Source of the DNA: Bacteroidales bacterium
Lineage (GTDB): Bacteria; Bacteroidota; Bacteroidia; Bacteroidales; UBA10428
Assembly: GCA_016929525.1 (NCBI GenBank)
Contig: JAFGIP010000097.1
Span: forward strand, 64,713-128,712
DNA length: 64,000 nucleotides
Direction: 5' to 3'
Under the pieces are notes generated by a model, which worked only from the letters and a program-made list of their open reading frames with translations, ran no database searches and was not told the origin of the DNA. Below, piece by piece: positions 10,450 through 20,418 of the stretch; within the stretch, counting starts at the first letter, position 1, and every line of letters begins with the position of its first letter. The position numbers and the translations under genes were made by a program.

Positions 10450-10758
10450 TATTACAAATAGATTTTTAAAAGATCGTGGTAATTCCAGGGATGTTAATTC
10501 ACAGGTTTAATTTTACATAATTCAGGAATAACTTTTTAGTGCTTTCTTATGTTCAAACTGATGTATTGCAACCGGCATAATTTTTAACAAGAATGATCGA
10601 TTATTAACATAATAAAATGTTCTTTTATCACGTTAAATTTTCGGTATATCTTTTATAAGCGTGTTTTACTCAAAAATCAGAACAATTGTGATTTTAATTC
10701 GTATTAAGTTATTACAGTGAAAGAATAAATTCAACGAAACAGGTTTGTGTTAATATAA

Positions 10759-10977
10759 ATGAAATCCAACATGACCGAAATGAAGATGATTGATCATCAG
10801 AAGCTTATTCTGGAAAATTCAGTACACGACAAGGCAATGTTTCAAAAAGAACTTATTAAATCTCTTAAATGGCTGGGGTCAGAAGAACTTAATGAACTGT
10901 ATAACTGGCTCAGGGCTAACTATTGGACTTCACATAAAGACATTATTAAAGAAGTATTTGAAAGGGTTGCTGCTTAA
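10759..10977 (+). CDS. Small hypothetical protein (72 aa, helical)
   Basis: ORF only. The sequence looks protein-like and amphipathic, preferred over overlapping ORF 10790..10984. No family recognised. Confidence 0.4.
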   Translation: MKSNMTEMKMIDHQKLILENSVHDKAMFQKELIKSLKWLGSEELNELYNWLRANYWTSHKDIIKEVFERVAA

Positions 10978-10994
10978 AAGATGAAATCTGAATT

Positions 10995-11207
10995 ATGAAA
11001 AAAACGAAACTCTTCTATAAGATGTATTCAAAATATGGTTTAGAGGGCTATTATGTACCTGTAAGAAATACCATGAATAACGATATCGAAAGAGAATTTA
11101 TTCCGTTAGAGGCAAAAGACTTGTTTGAGAATCAGTTCGGACAAAATGTTATTACAGATAAGGAATTTCTTAGCTGGTATACTGAAAATTCTGTTAATTT
11201 TCAGTAG
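10995..11207 (+). CDS. Small hypothetical protein (70 aa)
   Basis: ORF only, 17 nt after the previous small ORF. Followed by a weak hairpin plus a T-run around 11247-11284. Confidence 0.4.
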   Translation: MKKTKLFYKMYSKYGLEGYYVPVRNTMNNDIEREFIPLEAKDLFENQFGQNVITDKEFLSWYTENSVNFQ

Positions 11208-11379
11208 TTCTTTTTAAATCATTTTTATATATTAGTAATAAGCATATGGCAAAATGATTGTAATATTGCCGTATTATTTTTTTTAAGTTGGTCTGACAGT
11301 TATTAGAAAAATTATAACAGTTTATTCTAAGGCTTTCTTACCTTTTAAACTCAACCTTTAATTATATAATTATTATTTT

Positions 11380-11664
11380 ATGAACATTTTTATTGCAAAG
11401 CTTAGTCCGAAAACGACTGACGAAACGCTACATGCTCTTTTTCAGCAGTATGGAGAAGTTGATTCTGCGAAAGTGATCTTTGACCGTGAAAGCGGCAGAT
11501 CAAAATGCTTTGGATTTGTTGAAATGACAAATGATCAGGAAGCTTCCGAAGCTATTAATGACCTTGACGGTTTTGAATTCGAAGGAAGCACTATCGTTGT
11601 CAAAAAAGCACGGCCCAGAGAAAACAACCGGGATCAGGGACGCAGGTCCTTTAACAGACATTAG
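11380..11664 (+). CDS. RRM-type RNA-binding protein
   Basis: 94 aa. RNP2 (IFIAKL) and RNP1 (KCFGFVEM) motifs of a single RRM domain, with an Arg-rich tail. Confidence 0.85.
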   Translation: MNIFIAKLSPKTTDETLHALFQQYGEVDSAKVIFDRESGRSKCFGFVEMTNDQEASEAINDLDGFEFEGSTIVVKKARPRENNRDQGRRSFNRH

Positions 11665-11763
11665 ATTTGTGAAAAATTAACTCTGACTAAAAAGGTAAGA
11701 GAAGTAATTAATAAACTGTGCATCTGGCACTGTTTTGAACTTTGGGAGAACGTTTTAAAAAAA

Positions 11764-11790
11764 GCCTGGTTAAGCCGGGCAATTTTTATT
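11764..11790 (+). terminator. Rho-independent terminator after the RRM gene
   Basis: GCCTGG (11764-11769) / CCGGGC (11775-11780) with one G-U pair and a 5-nt loop. AAAAAAA lies upstream and AATTTTTATT downstream. Confidence 0.5.
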
Positions 11791-11805
11791 ATAAGAAAAG
11801 TTCTT

Positions 11806-12057
11806 ATGGGTATAAAATGCAGAGAAAAATGTGGAGCATGTTGTATTGCTCCTTCTATTTCATCTCCGATTCCAGGGATGCCTGATGGAAAACCTGCAGG
11901 TGTCAGCTGTATCCATCTGACCGATGATCTTAAATGTACTATTTATAACTCTCCGGACAGGCCAAAAGTCTGCGATGATTTTAATTTTGATCCGCTGGTT
12001 TGTGGTAATTCAAGGGAAGAAGCCATGAAATTGCTTGCTGATCTTGAAAATAGCTGA
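11806..12057 (+). CDS. YkgJ-family cysteine-cluster (zinc/iron-chelating) protein
   Basis: 83 aa. CREKCGACC (CxxCxxCC) plus distal Cys residues (CIHL, CTIYNSPDRPKVC). Confidence 0.7.
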   Translation: MGIKCREKCGACCIAPSISSPIPGMPDGKPAGVSCIHLTDDLKCTIYNSPDRPKVCDDFNFDPLVCGNSREEAMKLLADLENS

Positions 12058-12083
12058 CATTCCTGATTTATCTTACTACGTTA

Positions 12084-13394
12084 TTATTGAATCCTTTTAT
12101 CGTGAAAAATAACCGGTTTGCGAGAGTTTTCCGGGTGTTTTATTTTATCAATTTCTTTCGAGTTTAAAAATTCTATAGCAGGAGATACCCTTAATTTTGC
12201 CCTGAAATGATCTTTGATTCTTTTTATCATAGCTTCAGACTGATCTTTACACGATGCTTTTATCAGGATCTCATCGGTACCAATATCATTGGTATAGGTT
12301 TCGACAATATAATTGTCAATCTCGGATATATCATCCAGAATATCATATAATGCCGGAGGATACACTGTTGTTCCTTTGAATTTGATCATCTGTTTTCTAC
12401 GTCCCAGAACAGGGCCCAATCTCATTGTTGTTCGTCCACATGCACATGGATCTGTATAATGATGACAAATATCGCCGGTATTAAACCTTAGCAAAGGCAT
12501 ACCTTCAATCCCCAGTGTGGTAATTATTACTTCACCGGGTTCACCGGGTTTAACCGGGTTCCCGTTTTCATCGATAAATTCTACAATTATCAGCTCCGGA
12601 TGATGATGTCCTCCTGCACCTTCCTTGCACTCGGCAAATGCAGTTGACATTTCTGTAGAGGCATAAGTTGAATAAAGTTTAATATCCCATTTTTCTTTTA
12701 TTCTTTCTGCAAGAGTACTCAGGCTCAGATCCTGTTTTCGAAGTGGTTCTCCGATACAAATTGCTTTATTTACAGATGTATTTCTATAGTCAATGTTATT
12801 TTTTTCTGCGTATTCAATAAGCTTTATAATAAAGGAAGGAACAGCAATGATGGTTGTCGGATTAACCCTTGAAATGGTGTCCCATTGCAGTTCAGGTATG
12901 CCGGCACCGACCCGCACTATTCCGGCTCCCAGTTTTCGGGCCCCCAGAAAATATGCAAGCCCGGCCATGAAGCGCTTATCTATTGTTGTTGTAAGCTGAA
13001 AGATATCTTCCGGGGAGCAACCGGAGCAAACAAATGAAATGGCTTCATTATATGCGAGGCGTTCAAGATCTTTTTCCGTAAGTATGAATGTTACCGGATC
13101 GCCGAGCGTACCGCTTGTTGTTATGTAGTCGATGATCTGACTTCGGTCAACACAAATAAACTGGTCGTTGAATTTGTTCAGATCATCTTTTGCAGTAAGG
13201 GGTATTTTACTTAAATCTTCAATTGTGCGAATGCTGTTTGGATCAATTTTCTCCTTTTGGAATAATTTCTTATAAAATGGTGATTTCTTAGCGATAAATG
13301 CAATTTGTTTTCTTAAAAGCTGCTCCTGAAATAGTTTGATTTCTAAAGGTGATTTTCTTTCTATTTCAGGATTTAAGTTTAAATTATTACTCAT
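12084..13394 (-). CDS. PaaK / coenzyme F390 synthetase-type adenylate-forming ligase (aryl-acid activation)
   Basis: 436 aa. TTSGTLGDPV, YASTE, RFNTGD and KFKG match the phenylacetate-CoA ligase family pattern. Confidence 0.75.
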   Translation of the reverse strand: MSNNLNLNPEIERKSPLEIKLFQEQLLRKQIAFIAKKSPFYKKLFQKEKIDPNSIRTIEDLSKIPLTAKDDLNKFNDQFICVDRSQIIDYITTSGTLGDPVTFILTEKDLERLAYNEAISFVCSGCSPEDIFQLTTTIDKRFMAGLAYFLGARKLGAGIVRVGAGIPELQWDTISRVNPTTIIAVPSFIIKLIEYAEKNNIDYRNTSVNKAICIGEPLRKQDLSLSTLAERIKEKWDIKLYSTYASTEMSTAFAECKEGAGGHHHPELIIVEFIDENGNPVKPGEPGEVIITTLGIEGMPLLRFNTGDICHHYTDPCACGRTTMRLGPVLGRRKQMIKFKGTTVYPPALYDILDDISEIDNYIVETYTNDIGTDEILIKASCKDQSEAMIKRIKDHFRAKLRVSPAIEFLNSKEIDKIKHPENSRKPVIFHDKRIQ

Positions 13395-13398
13395 TTTA

Positions 13399-15108
13399 TT
13401 ATGATAATTCTTTCATACAAATTCTTATCTGATTATTCAGGTACTCTAAAGCCGAAGCACTGTTCACTTCTTTGCTGACAGCAACATTATAATAGTAATA
13501 GGCTAAATCATAATTTTTTATGCTAAAAAAATAGTCACCGATAATTTTGTAGGTTTCATAGTATTCGGGATTCAGATCAATAAATGAATCTGTAAAAGTA
13601 TCATTCAATATTTTATTCTGATCAATCATTTCTGATATGCTGTCGCGCATATTTTTGTAAAGTTGGAAATTTTTAAATTCCTGAGAATACAAAAAATTAT
13701 CTGCAGGAATTGTTAGCTCAGGTTTATCAATCGGTGAGTTTCCTTTTAGTGAATATCGATCTGAAAATATCTTGTTAAGATCATATGCAAGGTACTCACC
13801 AAGGGTGTTTGAACTGGTTGATATCCACATTATTCTTTTTTCAGGTTGAAAAATAACAGAATGATGAGCCAGTAACTGATTAACAGCTTTTTCATTTCCT
13901 AATCCTATGTTTTTATCATTAGCTCCTTTCTTATCACGAAGTATTGAAGCATAATCAGTTACCGATAATTTACGATAATCATTCATTAATTCTTCAATGC
14001 GAATGAATCTGTAGCCGGTAGCATTTTCTTCGCGGTTTTTTATATTAGATTCATCTTTAACAAAATTGCTGCTCTGAAAATGATTTGTACAGATCAGTGC
14101 CGATGAATCCGGCCAGGTAACAGAAGTGTTGCCTGGTTTCTTCTCTATCACTGCTACTTTTCTGTCAAACGCAGATCCTATTAAAAATGACTCTGATACC
14201 ATAATGTTTCTTGATCTGGCTATGGCAATTGCTTCATCGATGTTTTTTGCATACTGAAGAATTTCTCGTGCAACAAAAGTAACCGGTGTAGCCGATTTCA
14301 TCCCGATCTCTAACGTACCTGCATTAATTGTAACTGTAAGGCCCTGGTCGTTCATACCTGAAATAACCCCGATCATTCCTCCCCATGTGACGAATGCAAA
14401 ATTATATCCTGATTCCGGTGCAACAAATTCTATTATTTTGTTTCTGGCAAAGTCATTTCCAAAATAAAAATCGAAATTACGGCCAATGATCAGCGATGAA
14501 TCTGATGTAAAACCATCCCATGCGGCAAATGAACTGCAACCAACAAGGTAATAACTTTGAAAGGCATGGCCAATGTCATGCGCAGCATGATAATTCAATA
14601 GCCTCTCATACGCAGTTCCAAAGGAATTGAACTCAGAAGATGCTGAAAGAGATATACCATAGATCTCTTTCAGGTATTCCTGTGGGACTGTTGAAGTCAG
14701 ATTCCTGTTCATCCATGCAATAATTGTTATCAGAATTTTCTGATATCGCCTGGATGGTATAAACCTGTTAATTTCTTCAACAAAAACCTCTTCCTGGTAT
14801 TTTACCAGATCTTCTGATAATTTTCCGGCAGCGACACCGCGATTGAATGCATCACCTTCAATATAAAGTTCCCATACACCAAACCGGTTTTTTCGTATCC
14901 AGTTATTTTGCAAAGTTTTAATACCGGAATCTGTTTCTGCAACCTGTTCGTTTAAATAAATACTTTGTTCCGCTGTTGGCGGAGCCGGAGATTTTGGTTT
15001 TATACCAGTAAATACCAACATGATCAGCAGTAAAATAAGTCCAGTCAGGCTGAGTAAGAAGACAATTAATATTTTAAATATCTTTTTAAGCATTGTTAAT
15101 ATTCTCAA
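13399..15108 (-). CDS. Membrane-anchored peptidase C45 family protein (acyl-CoA:6-APA acyltransferase-like)
   Basis: 569 aa. N-terminal TM helix, Gly-Cys autoprocessing-type site (YLVGCSSFAAW), helical repeat-like C-terminus. An alternative start at M6 would reduce the overlap with the upstream gene to 8 nt. Confidence 0.65.
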   Translation of the reverse strand: MRILTMLKKIFKILIVFLLSLTGLILLLIMLVFTGIKPKSPAPPTAEQSIYLNEQVAETDSGIKTLQNNWIRKNRFGVWELYIEGDAFNRGVAAGKLSEDLVKYQEEVFVEEINRFIPSRRYQKILITIIAWMNRNLTSTVPQEYLKEIYGISLSASSEFNSFGTAYERLLNYHAAHDIGHAFQSYYLVGCSSFAAWDGFTSDSSLIIGRNFDFYFGNDFARNKIIEFVAPESGYNFAFVTWGGMIGVISGMNDQGLTVTINAGTLEIGMKSATPVTFVAREILQYAKNIDEAIAIARSRNIMVSESFLIGSAFDRKVAVIEKKPGNTSVTWPDSSALICTNHFQSSNFVKDESNIKNREENATGYRFIRIEELMNDYRKLSVTDYASILRDKKGANDKNIGLGNEKAVNQLLAHHSVIFQPEKRIMWISTSSNTLGEYLAYDLNKIFSDRYSLKGNSPIDKPELTIPADNFLYSQEFKNFQLYKNMRDSISEMIDQNKILNDTFTDSFIDLNPEYYETYKIIGDYFFSIKNYDLAYYYYNVAVSKEVNSASALEYLNNQIRICMKELS

Positions 15109-16588
15109 TCAAAGTATTTAAATCGGATAATTCAGCAAAAGTAAGCAAAGCACCCATTGAAACACCAAACATTCCATGCATAGTTAAATTCTGACCTGTA
15201 AGAAGCAGGTTTGGTACTTTTGTACGAGGGAATATCAGCGATTCATTTTGATTGGTAAAGTCTCTTTCTATGCCGTATGTAGCACCTCTGTATGTTCCGG
15301 TATAGTCACGAAGAGTAAGTGGTGTGGCAGAACTAAACGATTTTATTGCACTGCCAATTCCCGGAAATACATCTTCAAGTCGGTTAAGAATGGCCATCGA
15401 CTTTTGCTGCTTAAAGTCTTCATATTCAAAGCCCCTCTCTTCAACATGCGTATTTTCCCATCTGGCAACTTCATTATAATCCATAAAAGCAAGAACGCTT
15501 AAAGCTCTTGTATATAATTCATCCTGTGAATCGGCAACAGGATAAACCCCAAAAGCCTGTGGAAATTTCTTAGGATTATAATAATTAAGGCACCATACAT
15601 CTCCGTTTGGATAATAACTAGTATTGTAGTTCATGTAAGGTATTTTCCCGTTTTCCAGGGCAATATAAAGGCTAAATGTGGAAGATGTATTTTTTATATT
15701 CTGTAATCTTTTTTTGTATGCTTTGCGAACCAATCCTTCATCGAGCATCTCCATGGTATTATAAGGATGGATTGTCGAAATAAAATATTTTGCTTTAAAG
15801 ATTTCAGTATCGCTTGTTTTTACAGACTTTATTATTCCCTTTTCAGCCTGAAAACTTACTGCTTTTTTATTTAAAAGAATTCTACCTCCGTTTTCACGGA
15901 GTCTTTTACATAAAGCGTCGGCAATTTGCTTGGAACCATCAACAAATCGCCAGGCACTTTCGATATAGTGGTTATTGATTAAAGCGTGGATAAACATGAA
16001 CGATGTTTCTTTTTTACCGGCATAGAGTGAATTCAGCCCGGAAAGAAGCTGCCGCAACTCTTCATTGGTTGTCACAGACTGAATAAACTCCCAGGCACTT
16101 CCAAATCTGAATTTGTCGTAGAATAGTTGTGGACTAAACTGAAAAGGGTTCAGATTATATAGAGAAATGGACTGCGCAATTTCCTGAATGATGCACAGAT
16201 ATTTATTTATTCCTTGTTCTTCATCAGGGAAATAGCCGATCATTCTTTTCCTGAAATTCTCATAACCCATGGCATACGAATACTCCCTGTCACCAATAAT
16301 AAAACGGTCGAATCCTTCAATATCCATTTTTCTGATATTGAGATCATTCATAATATCAAGGTACCTGAATATTTTATAAAGAACCTGATCTTCATCAAGT
16401 GCTCCAACGTAATGAATGCCTGTATCGAAAACAACCCCATCTTTTTCAAAAGACTGAAGACAACCTCCCGGATGAGGATTTTTTTCCAGAATACATACAT
16501 GATATCCTTGTTTGCTTAGAAGATTTGCTGTAACCAAACCTCCCAAACCGCTTCCAATGATGATTATATCAAACGAATTTTCAGCCAT
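15086..16588 (-). CDS. FAD-dependent oxidoreductase, phytoene-desaturase/amine-oxidase superfamily
   Basis: 500 aa. Dinucleotide fold DIIIIGSGLGGLVTANLL...LEKNPHPGG. Confidence 0.75.
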   Translation of the reverse strand: MAENSFDIIIIGSGLGGLVTANLLSKQGYHVCILEKNPHPGGCLQSFEKDGVVFDTGIHYVGALDEDQVLYKIFRYLDIMNDLNIRKMDIEGFDRFIIGDREYSYAMGYENFRKRMIGYFPDEEQGINKYLCIIQEIAQSISLYNLNPFQFSPQLFYDKFRFGSAWEFIQSVTTNEELRQLLSGLNSLYAGKKETSFMFIHALINNHYIESAWRFVDGSKQIADALCKRLRENGGRILLNKKAVSFQAEKGIIKSVKTSDTEIFKAKYFISTIHPYNTMEMLDEGLVRKAYKKRLQNIKNTSSTFSLYIALENGKIPYMNYNTSYYPNGDVWCLNYYNPKKFPQAFGVYPVADSQDELYTRALSVLAFMDYNEVARWENTHVEERGFEYEDFKQQKSMAILNRLEDVFPGIGSAIKSFSSATPLTLRDYTGTYRGATYGIERDFTNQNESLIFPRTKVPNLLLTGQNLTMHGMFGVSMGALLTFAELSDLNTLIENINNA

Positions 16589-19500
16589 TATTCTTGCTTA
16601 GGATATATATCAGGTTAGAGGTTATTTTGGTGTTATCAACTATTTCCAAACTAAAATTGTTTTCTATCGCGATCTTTTCAATGTAGCTTTTTGAAGTAAA
16701 CTCAAGCGGATTGCTTATTTTATTAAATCCCAACCGGGTTGAGAAAAATTCACTTGTTCGTGTCCAGAAATGTCTTTTTATCATTGCACTATCGCTGTCT
16801 CTGATTAAAATTTTGCCACCCTGATTAAGCTTATCTGCAAATTTACTAATTAATCTATGCTGGTTTTCCGATGTCAGATAATGTAACATATCACTGATAA
16901 TAAAAATATCAGATATTGAGTACTCGTACTTTGTTGCTTCTGCGGCTTCAAACTGAATATTACAATAATTATTAAGTCCGGAATTTTTTGCAGTTGCAAT
17001 TTTTTCTTCATCATAGTCTATAGCATAAAACTTACAGTTTGGTTTGCAGAGGCTCAGCATGAAAGTCATGGGTCCGTAACCGCAACCTACATCAGTTATT
17101 ATTCCTTCATCGGGAATAAGTTCATGAAAAGGTGTGTAATATTTTTCCATCCGAAGTTTTATTCTGATATAGTTCTCCAGTATCGGTCCCTTATATAAAT
17201 AATTAGCTTTTAACCTATGCCGGAAATAATAAGGGGTTTCCAGTTCTGTCTTCAAATTACTTAATTCTTCTCTTAGCTTTGCACATGTTTTTTTTGCTGC
17301 AGTATTATATGCGCGGGGATCTTTGTCATCTATTAATTCAGAAAAAATTTTACGGATTGTTATTATACCCGGATTAATTACAAATCCTTCGGGGGGGAGA
17401 ACGTCCCAGGCACCATGAATCAGAAAATTCTGCACCGGGACTTTTAATCTTTGGGCAAGGTAAAAGCCTCCTTTATGAAACCTTTTTATTTTACCATCGC
17501 GTGTTCGTGTTCCTTCGGGAAATACCAAAAGTGAGCACCCTTCATTCATTCTTTTTTTAATATCTGTCAATACTTCTTCATAACCTTTTGAAATATTTAC
17601 ATGTCCGCAAAATCTTGAAATCATTCCCAGAAACGGGCTTTTCCACACCCAGTCCTTGGTAACAATAAGTATGTTTGATGATATTGATAAAAAAATAAGA
17701 ATATCGATCATCGACTGATGATTTGATACCAGTATTGAAGGCTTTCTGAATATCGTTTTATCAAAGTTTTCTTTTTTAATGCGGACACTATAATGGATAT
17801 TCAGAGCAATTTTACAGGTAAACGTTGTCACATCCCTTAATATTTTTCTTTTGGCTGACATCTTTATTGGGAGAATATAAAGCGGAAGCAATAACAGATT
17901 AAAAAGAATTAATGTGACAATAGTAGGGACAAAAATCAATAAACTGTTAATAAAGAGGCTTAACGTTACCGGATGAGGTCTTTTCCCCGATTTTGAATTT
18001 ACCAGGAATTTAAACAACAGAGGTTGTAAAGTGAATGATATAAGAACTACCGAAATAATGCCAACAGTTGCCAGACTTGCTATGGAATGTAAAGCAGGGT
18101 GTTTAGCCATCAGTAATACACCCAGACCTGAGAGTGTGGTGAATACAGAAATTAATATGGAAGACTTAAACGACACCAGGTCATCCCGTCCATACCTGTA
18201 TTTTTGTATTAATCCTTTGGTGATGAAAATAGAATAATCTATCCCCAAACCAAATATCAGCGTACAAATAATTATATTGAAGAAATTGAGTTTAATTCCG
18301 GAAATTCCCATAATGCCAAGTGTCCATATCCAGCTGATAACAATAGGAAGGAAAGTAATTATGGCCATTTCAGATCTTCCGAGAAAGATCAGAATTATGA
18401 TAAATACAACAAGCAGAGTAGTTTTAACCAGGTCGTCGAAATCTGCCTTGATCGTATTAAAAATCTTCACAAAAAAGTCTTTCCTGTCGAGTATAAGAGT
18501 ATTTTCATTGTTAATGAAGGCATCAGTTACATGCTCCTTTTGAATATCACCCTCAATACCCAGAACTGTAATTACAACAGATTTGTCTTTTAAGCTGACA
18601 CATAAGTTTTCTGTAAACAATGAAAAAAGTGAGGAAAGTGAATCAACAGGTATAGGTTGAAAATTCTTTTCAAGGTGAGTGAAGAAGGCATCAAATGCAT
18701 TGCTTTTAAAATTATTTTTAGTTGCCGCCTCAGATATTTGTGATTTAAGCAAGTCGATTTTCTCTTTTGACCAGAACTCATTCCACTTTTCAATACTTTC
18801 TTTTTGCTGATTTTCCGGGATCAGGACTGACTGGATACCATTAAATCTGGCAAGATTTCCTTCAGATTTTAATTGCTTAAGTCTGATAAGATCTTCTGAA
18901 GCCTGGCTGACAGCTTCATCAAGGTTATTGCCTGTTGAAAGCAGGTAAATTTTCTTTTTATTGATTGCACTTATTTCGTCCAGCCTTTTCTGGTTTCCGG
19001 CCAGGTTATCAGGCATGTAATTGCTCTTCTCTATATCCTTTTCAAATTCTGCAAACCTGGAAAAGTAAAGCATTACAATAGTACCAATCAGAATGACTAA
19101 AAATATCAATGACTTATTCCTGCTTCGATATCTTGCTAATCTTTCAATAATTGTATTCGAAGACAACGATAACTTAAAAAGTTTTTGAGGTAATATAAAC
19201 GGGAGTACAAACACTGACAATAATGCTGCCGACAACACACTAATTGCTGCAAATATTCCGAGCTGTTTCATTGCAGGTGAGGAGAGAAGCAACAAACACA
19301 AAAATGCAATGGCGGTGGTTAATCCACTCATTAAAACAGGCACCCTGACTTTCTTTACTGACTGGGTTAAATCTTCATGGTGTTTTAAATGTGTCAGCAG
19401 GTGAAGAGCATAGTCAACTGTTATTCCTAAAAGTACAGAACCGATTCCGAGAGAAATTACTGAAACCCGGTTCATAAAAAATGCGAAATATAAAAGAGAA

Positions 19501-20405
19501 ACACTTGCTCCAAAAACAGCAGGGAGCATGATTATCCATAATATTCTCTTCCTTCTGAAAAAATAATAGATCAGTATAATGATAACAATAACAGCAAGAG
19601 TCACAGTAAGCCTGATATCTTTTTTAATACGAAGCGCATTTGCTGTTGCTATGGGTAATGCGCCAATGTAATCTATATTAACTACCTGCTTCTTTCCTGT
19701 TTTAATATTACTGATAAGATCATTCAGATCTGCGATAAACAGGGCATTTTTCCCTGTATTATGAGTTTCACCGGGAGTAAGAAAAAAAAGGAGGTGTTTC
19801 TTATCCTGCGTTATCAGGTGATTTCGGTAAAGGATCAGATTCTGATCCACCTGCAGATCTTTCAGTCTTTTTAACTGGGATGAAGACAAACCAAAAGGAT
19901 CGCGGAAGATATATCTGCCTGCCATCATTCCTGCCGGTGAATTCAGAATTTTAAGAAACTCCTTCATTTGTGCATTAAAATCGAGATGGTTAATTATGCT
20001 GTCTAATCTTACATAATCATCTTCATTTAAGTATATCGGAAGATAGTTATAGAAAATATCCAGAATTTTAAACTGAACAGAGGGCCCTGCCTGCCCCTCA
20101 ATACTTTGTATATATTCAGGGATATATTTCTTATTTATTGAGTCGATAAGCTGGTTTGCAATATCTGCAAGGATATCCGGATCAATAACCGAAGAATCCT
20201 GCAGGTAGATATGAAAAATCATTTTATCAAAGAAAGTTGCACTATCTATAACTTCGGCAATCAGTTCATTTTCTTCAGAAGCCGGTAGTATGCCTGAAAT
20301 GCTTTCTTCAAATTCGATACGCTTAAGACCTACGAATACCGAACCGGCAATAAAGGCTGATAACAGGAATAAAATGAAAATTCTTTTATAGTTTTTACTC
20401 ATCAT
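16581..20405 (-). CDS. Tri-domain fusion: MMPL/RND-type exporter, PlsC-type lysophospholipid acyltransferase and class I SAM methyltransferase
   Basis: 1274 aa. Residues 1 to about 800 contain two blocks of about 6 TM helices, each preceded by a large soluble loop (MMPL-like). H(X)4D motif NHQSMID is at nt 17701-17723 and FPEGTRT at about 17503-17523 (PlsC family). SAM motif DVGCGYGP is at about 17071-17094. No stop codon or frameshift separates the domains. Confidence 0.75.
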   Translation of the reverse strand: MMSKNYKRIFILFLLSAFIAGSVFVGLKRIEFEESISGILPASEENELIAEVIDSATFFDKMIFHIYLQDSSVIDPDILADIANQLIDSINKKYIPEYIQSIEGQAGPSVQFKILDIFYNYLPIYLNEDDYVRLDSIINHLDFNAQMKEFLKILNSPAGMMAGRYIFRDPFGLSSSQLKRLKDLQVDQNLILYRNHLITQDKKHLLFFLTPGETHNTGKNALFIADLNDLISNIKTGKKQVVNIDYIGALPIATANALRIKKDIRLTVTLAVIVIIILIYYFFRRKRILWIIMLPAVFGASVSLLYFAFFMNRVSVISLGIGSVLLGITVDYALHLLTHLKHHEDLTQSVKKVRVPVLMSGLTTAIAFLCLLLLSSPAMKQLGIFAAISVLSAALLSVFVLPFILPQKLFKLSLSSNTIIERLARYRSRNKSLIFLVILIGTIVMLYFSRFAEFEKDIEKSNYMPDNLAGNQKRLDEISAINKKKIYLLSTGNNLDEAVSQASEDLIRLKQLKSEGNLARFNGIQSVLIPENQQKESIEKWNEFWSKEKIDLLKSQISEAATKNNFKSNAFDAFFTHLEKNFQPIPVDSLSSLFSLFTENLCVSLKDKSVVITVLGIEGDIQKEHVTDAFINNENTLILDRKDFFVKIFNTIKADFDDLVKTTLLVVFIIILIFLGRSEMAIITFLPIVISWIWTLGIMGISGIKLNFFNIIICTLIFGLGIDYSIFITKGLIQKYRYGRDDLVSFKSSILISVFTTLSGLGVLLMAKHPALHSIASLATVGIISVVLISFTLQPLLFKFLVNSKSGKRPHPVTLSLFINSLLIFVPTIVTLILFNLLLLPLYILPIKMSAKRKILRDVTTFTCKIALNIHYSVRIKKENFDKTIFRKPSILVSNHQSMIDILIFLSISSNILIVTKDWVWKSPFLGMISRFCGHVNISKGYEEVLTDIKKRMNEGCSLLVFPEGTRTRDGKIKRFHKGGFYLAQRLKVPVQNFLIHGAWDVLPPEGFVINPGIITIRKIFSELIDDKDPRAYNTAAKKTCAKLREELSNLKTELETPYYFRHRLKANYLYKGPILENYIRIKLRMEKYYTPFHELIPDEGIITDVGCGYGPMTFMLSLCKPNCKFYAIDYDEEKIATAKNSGLNNYCNIQFEAAEATKYEYSISDIFIISDMLHYLTSENQHRLISKFADKLNQGGKILIRDSDSAMIKRHFWTRTSEFFSTRLGFNKISNPLEFTSKSYIEKIAIENNFSLEIVDNTKITSNLIYILSKNNG

Positions 20406-20418
20406 TGGTTAACTCCTA

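Noticed and set aside
10790-10984. Alternative-frame 64-aa ORF overlapping the 10759-10977 small ORF
   Set aside because: It is Lys/Leu-rich and low in complexity. The other frame gives a more protein-like helical sequence. Neither can be verified without homology or expression data.
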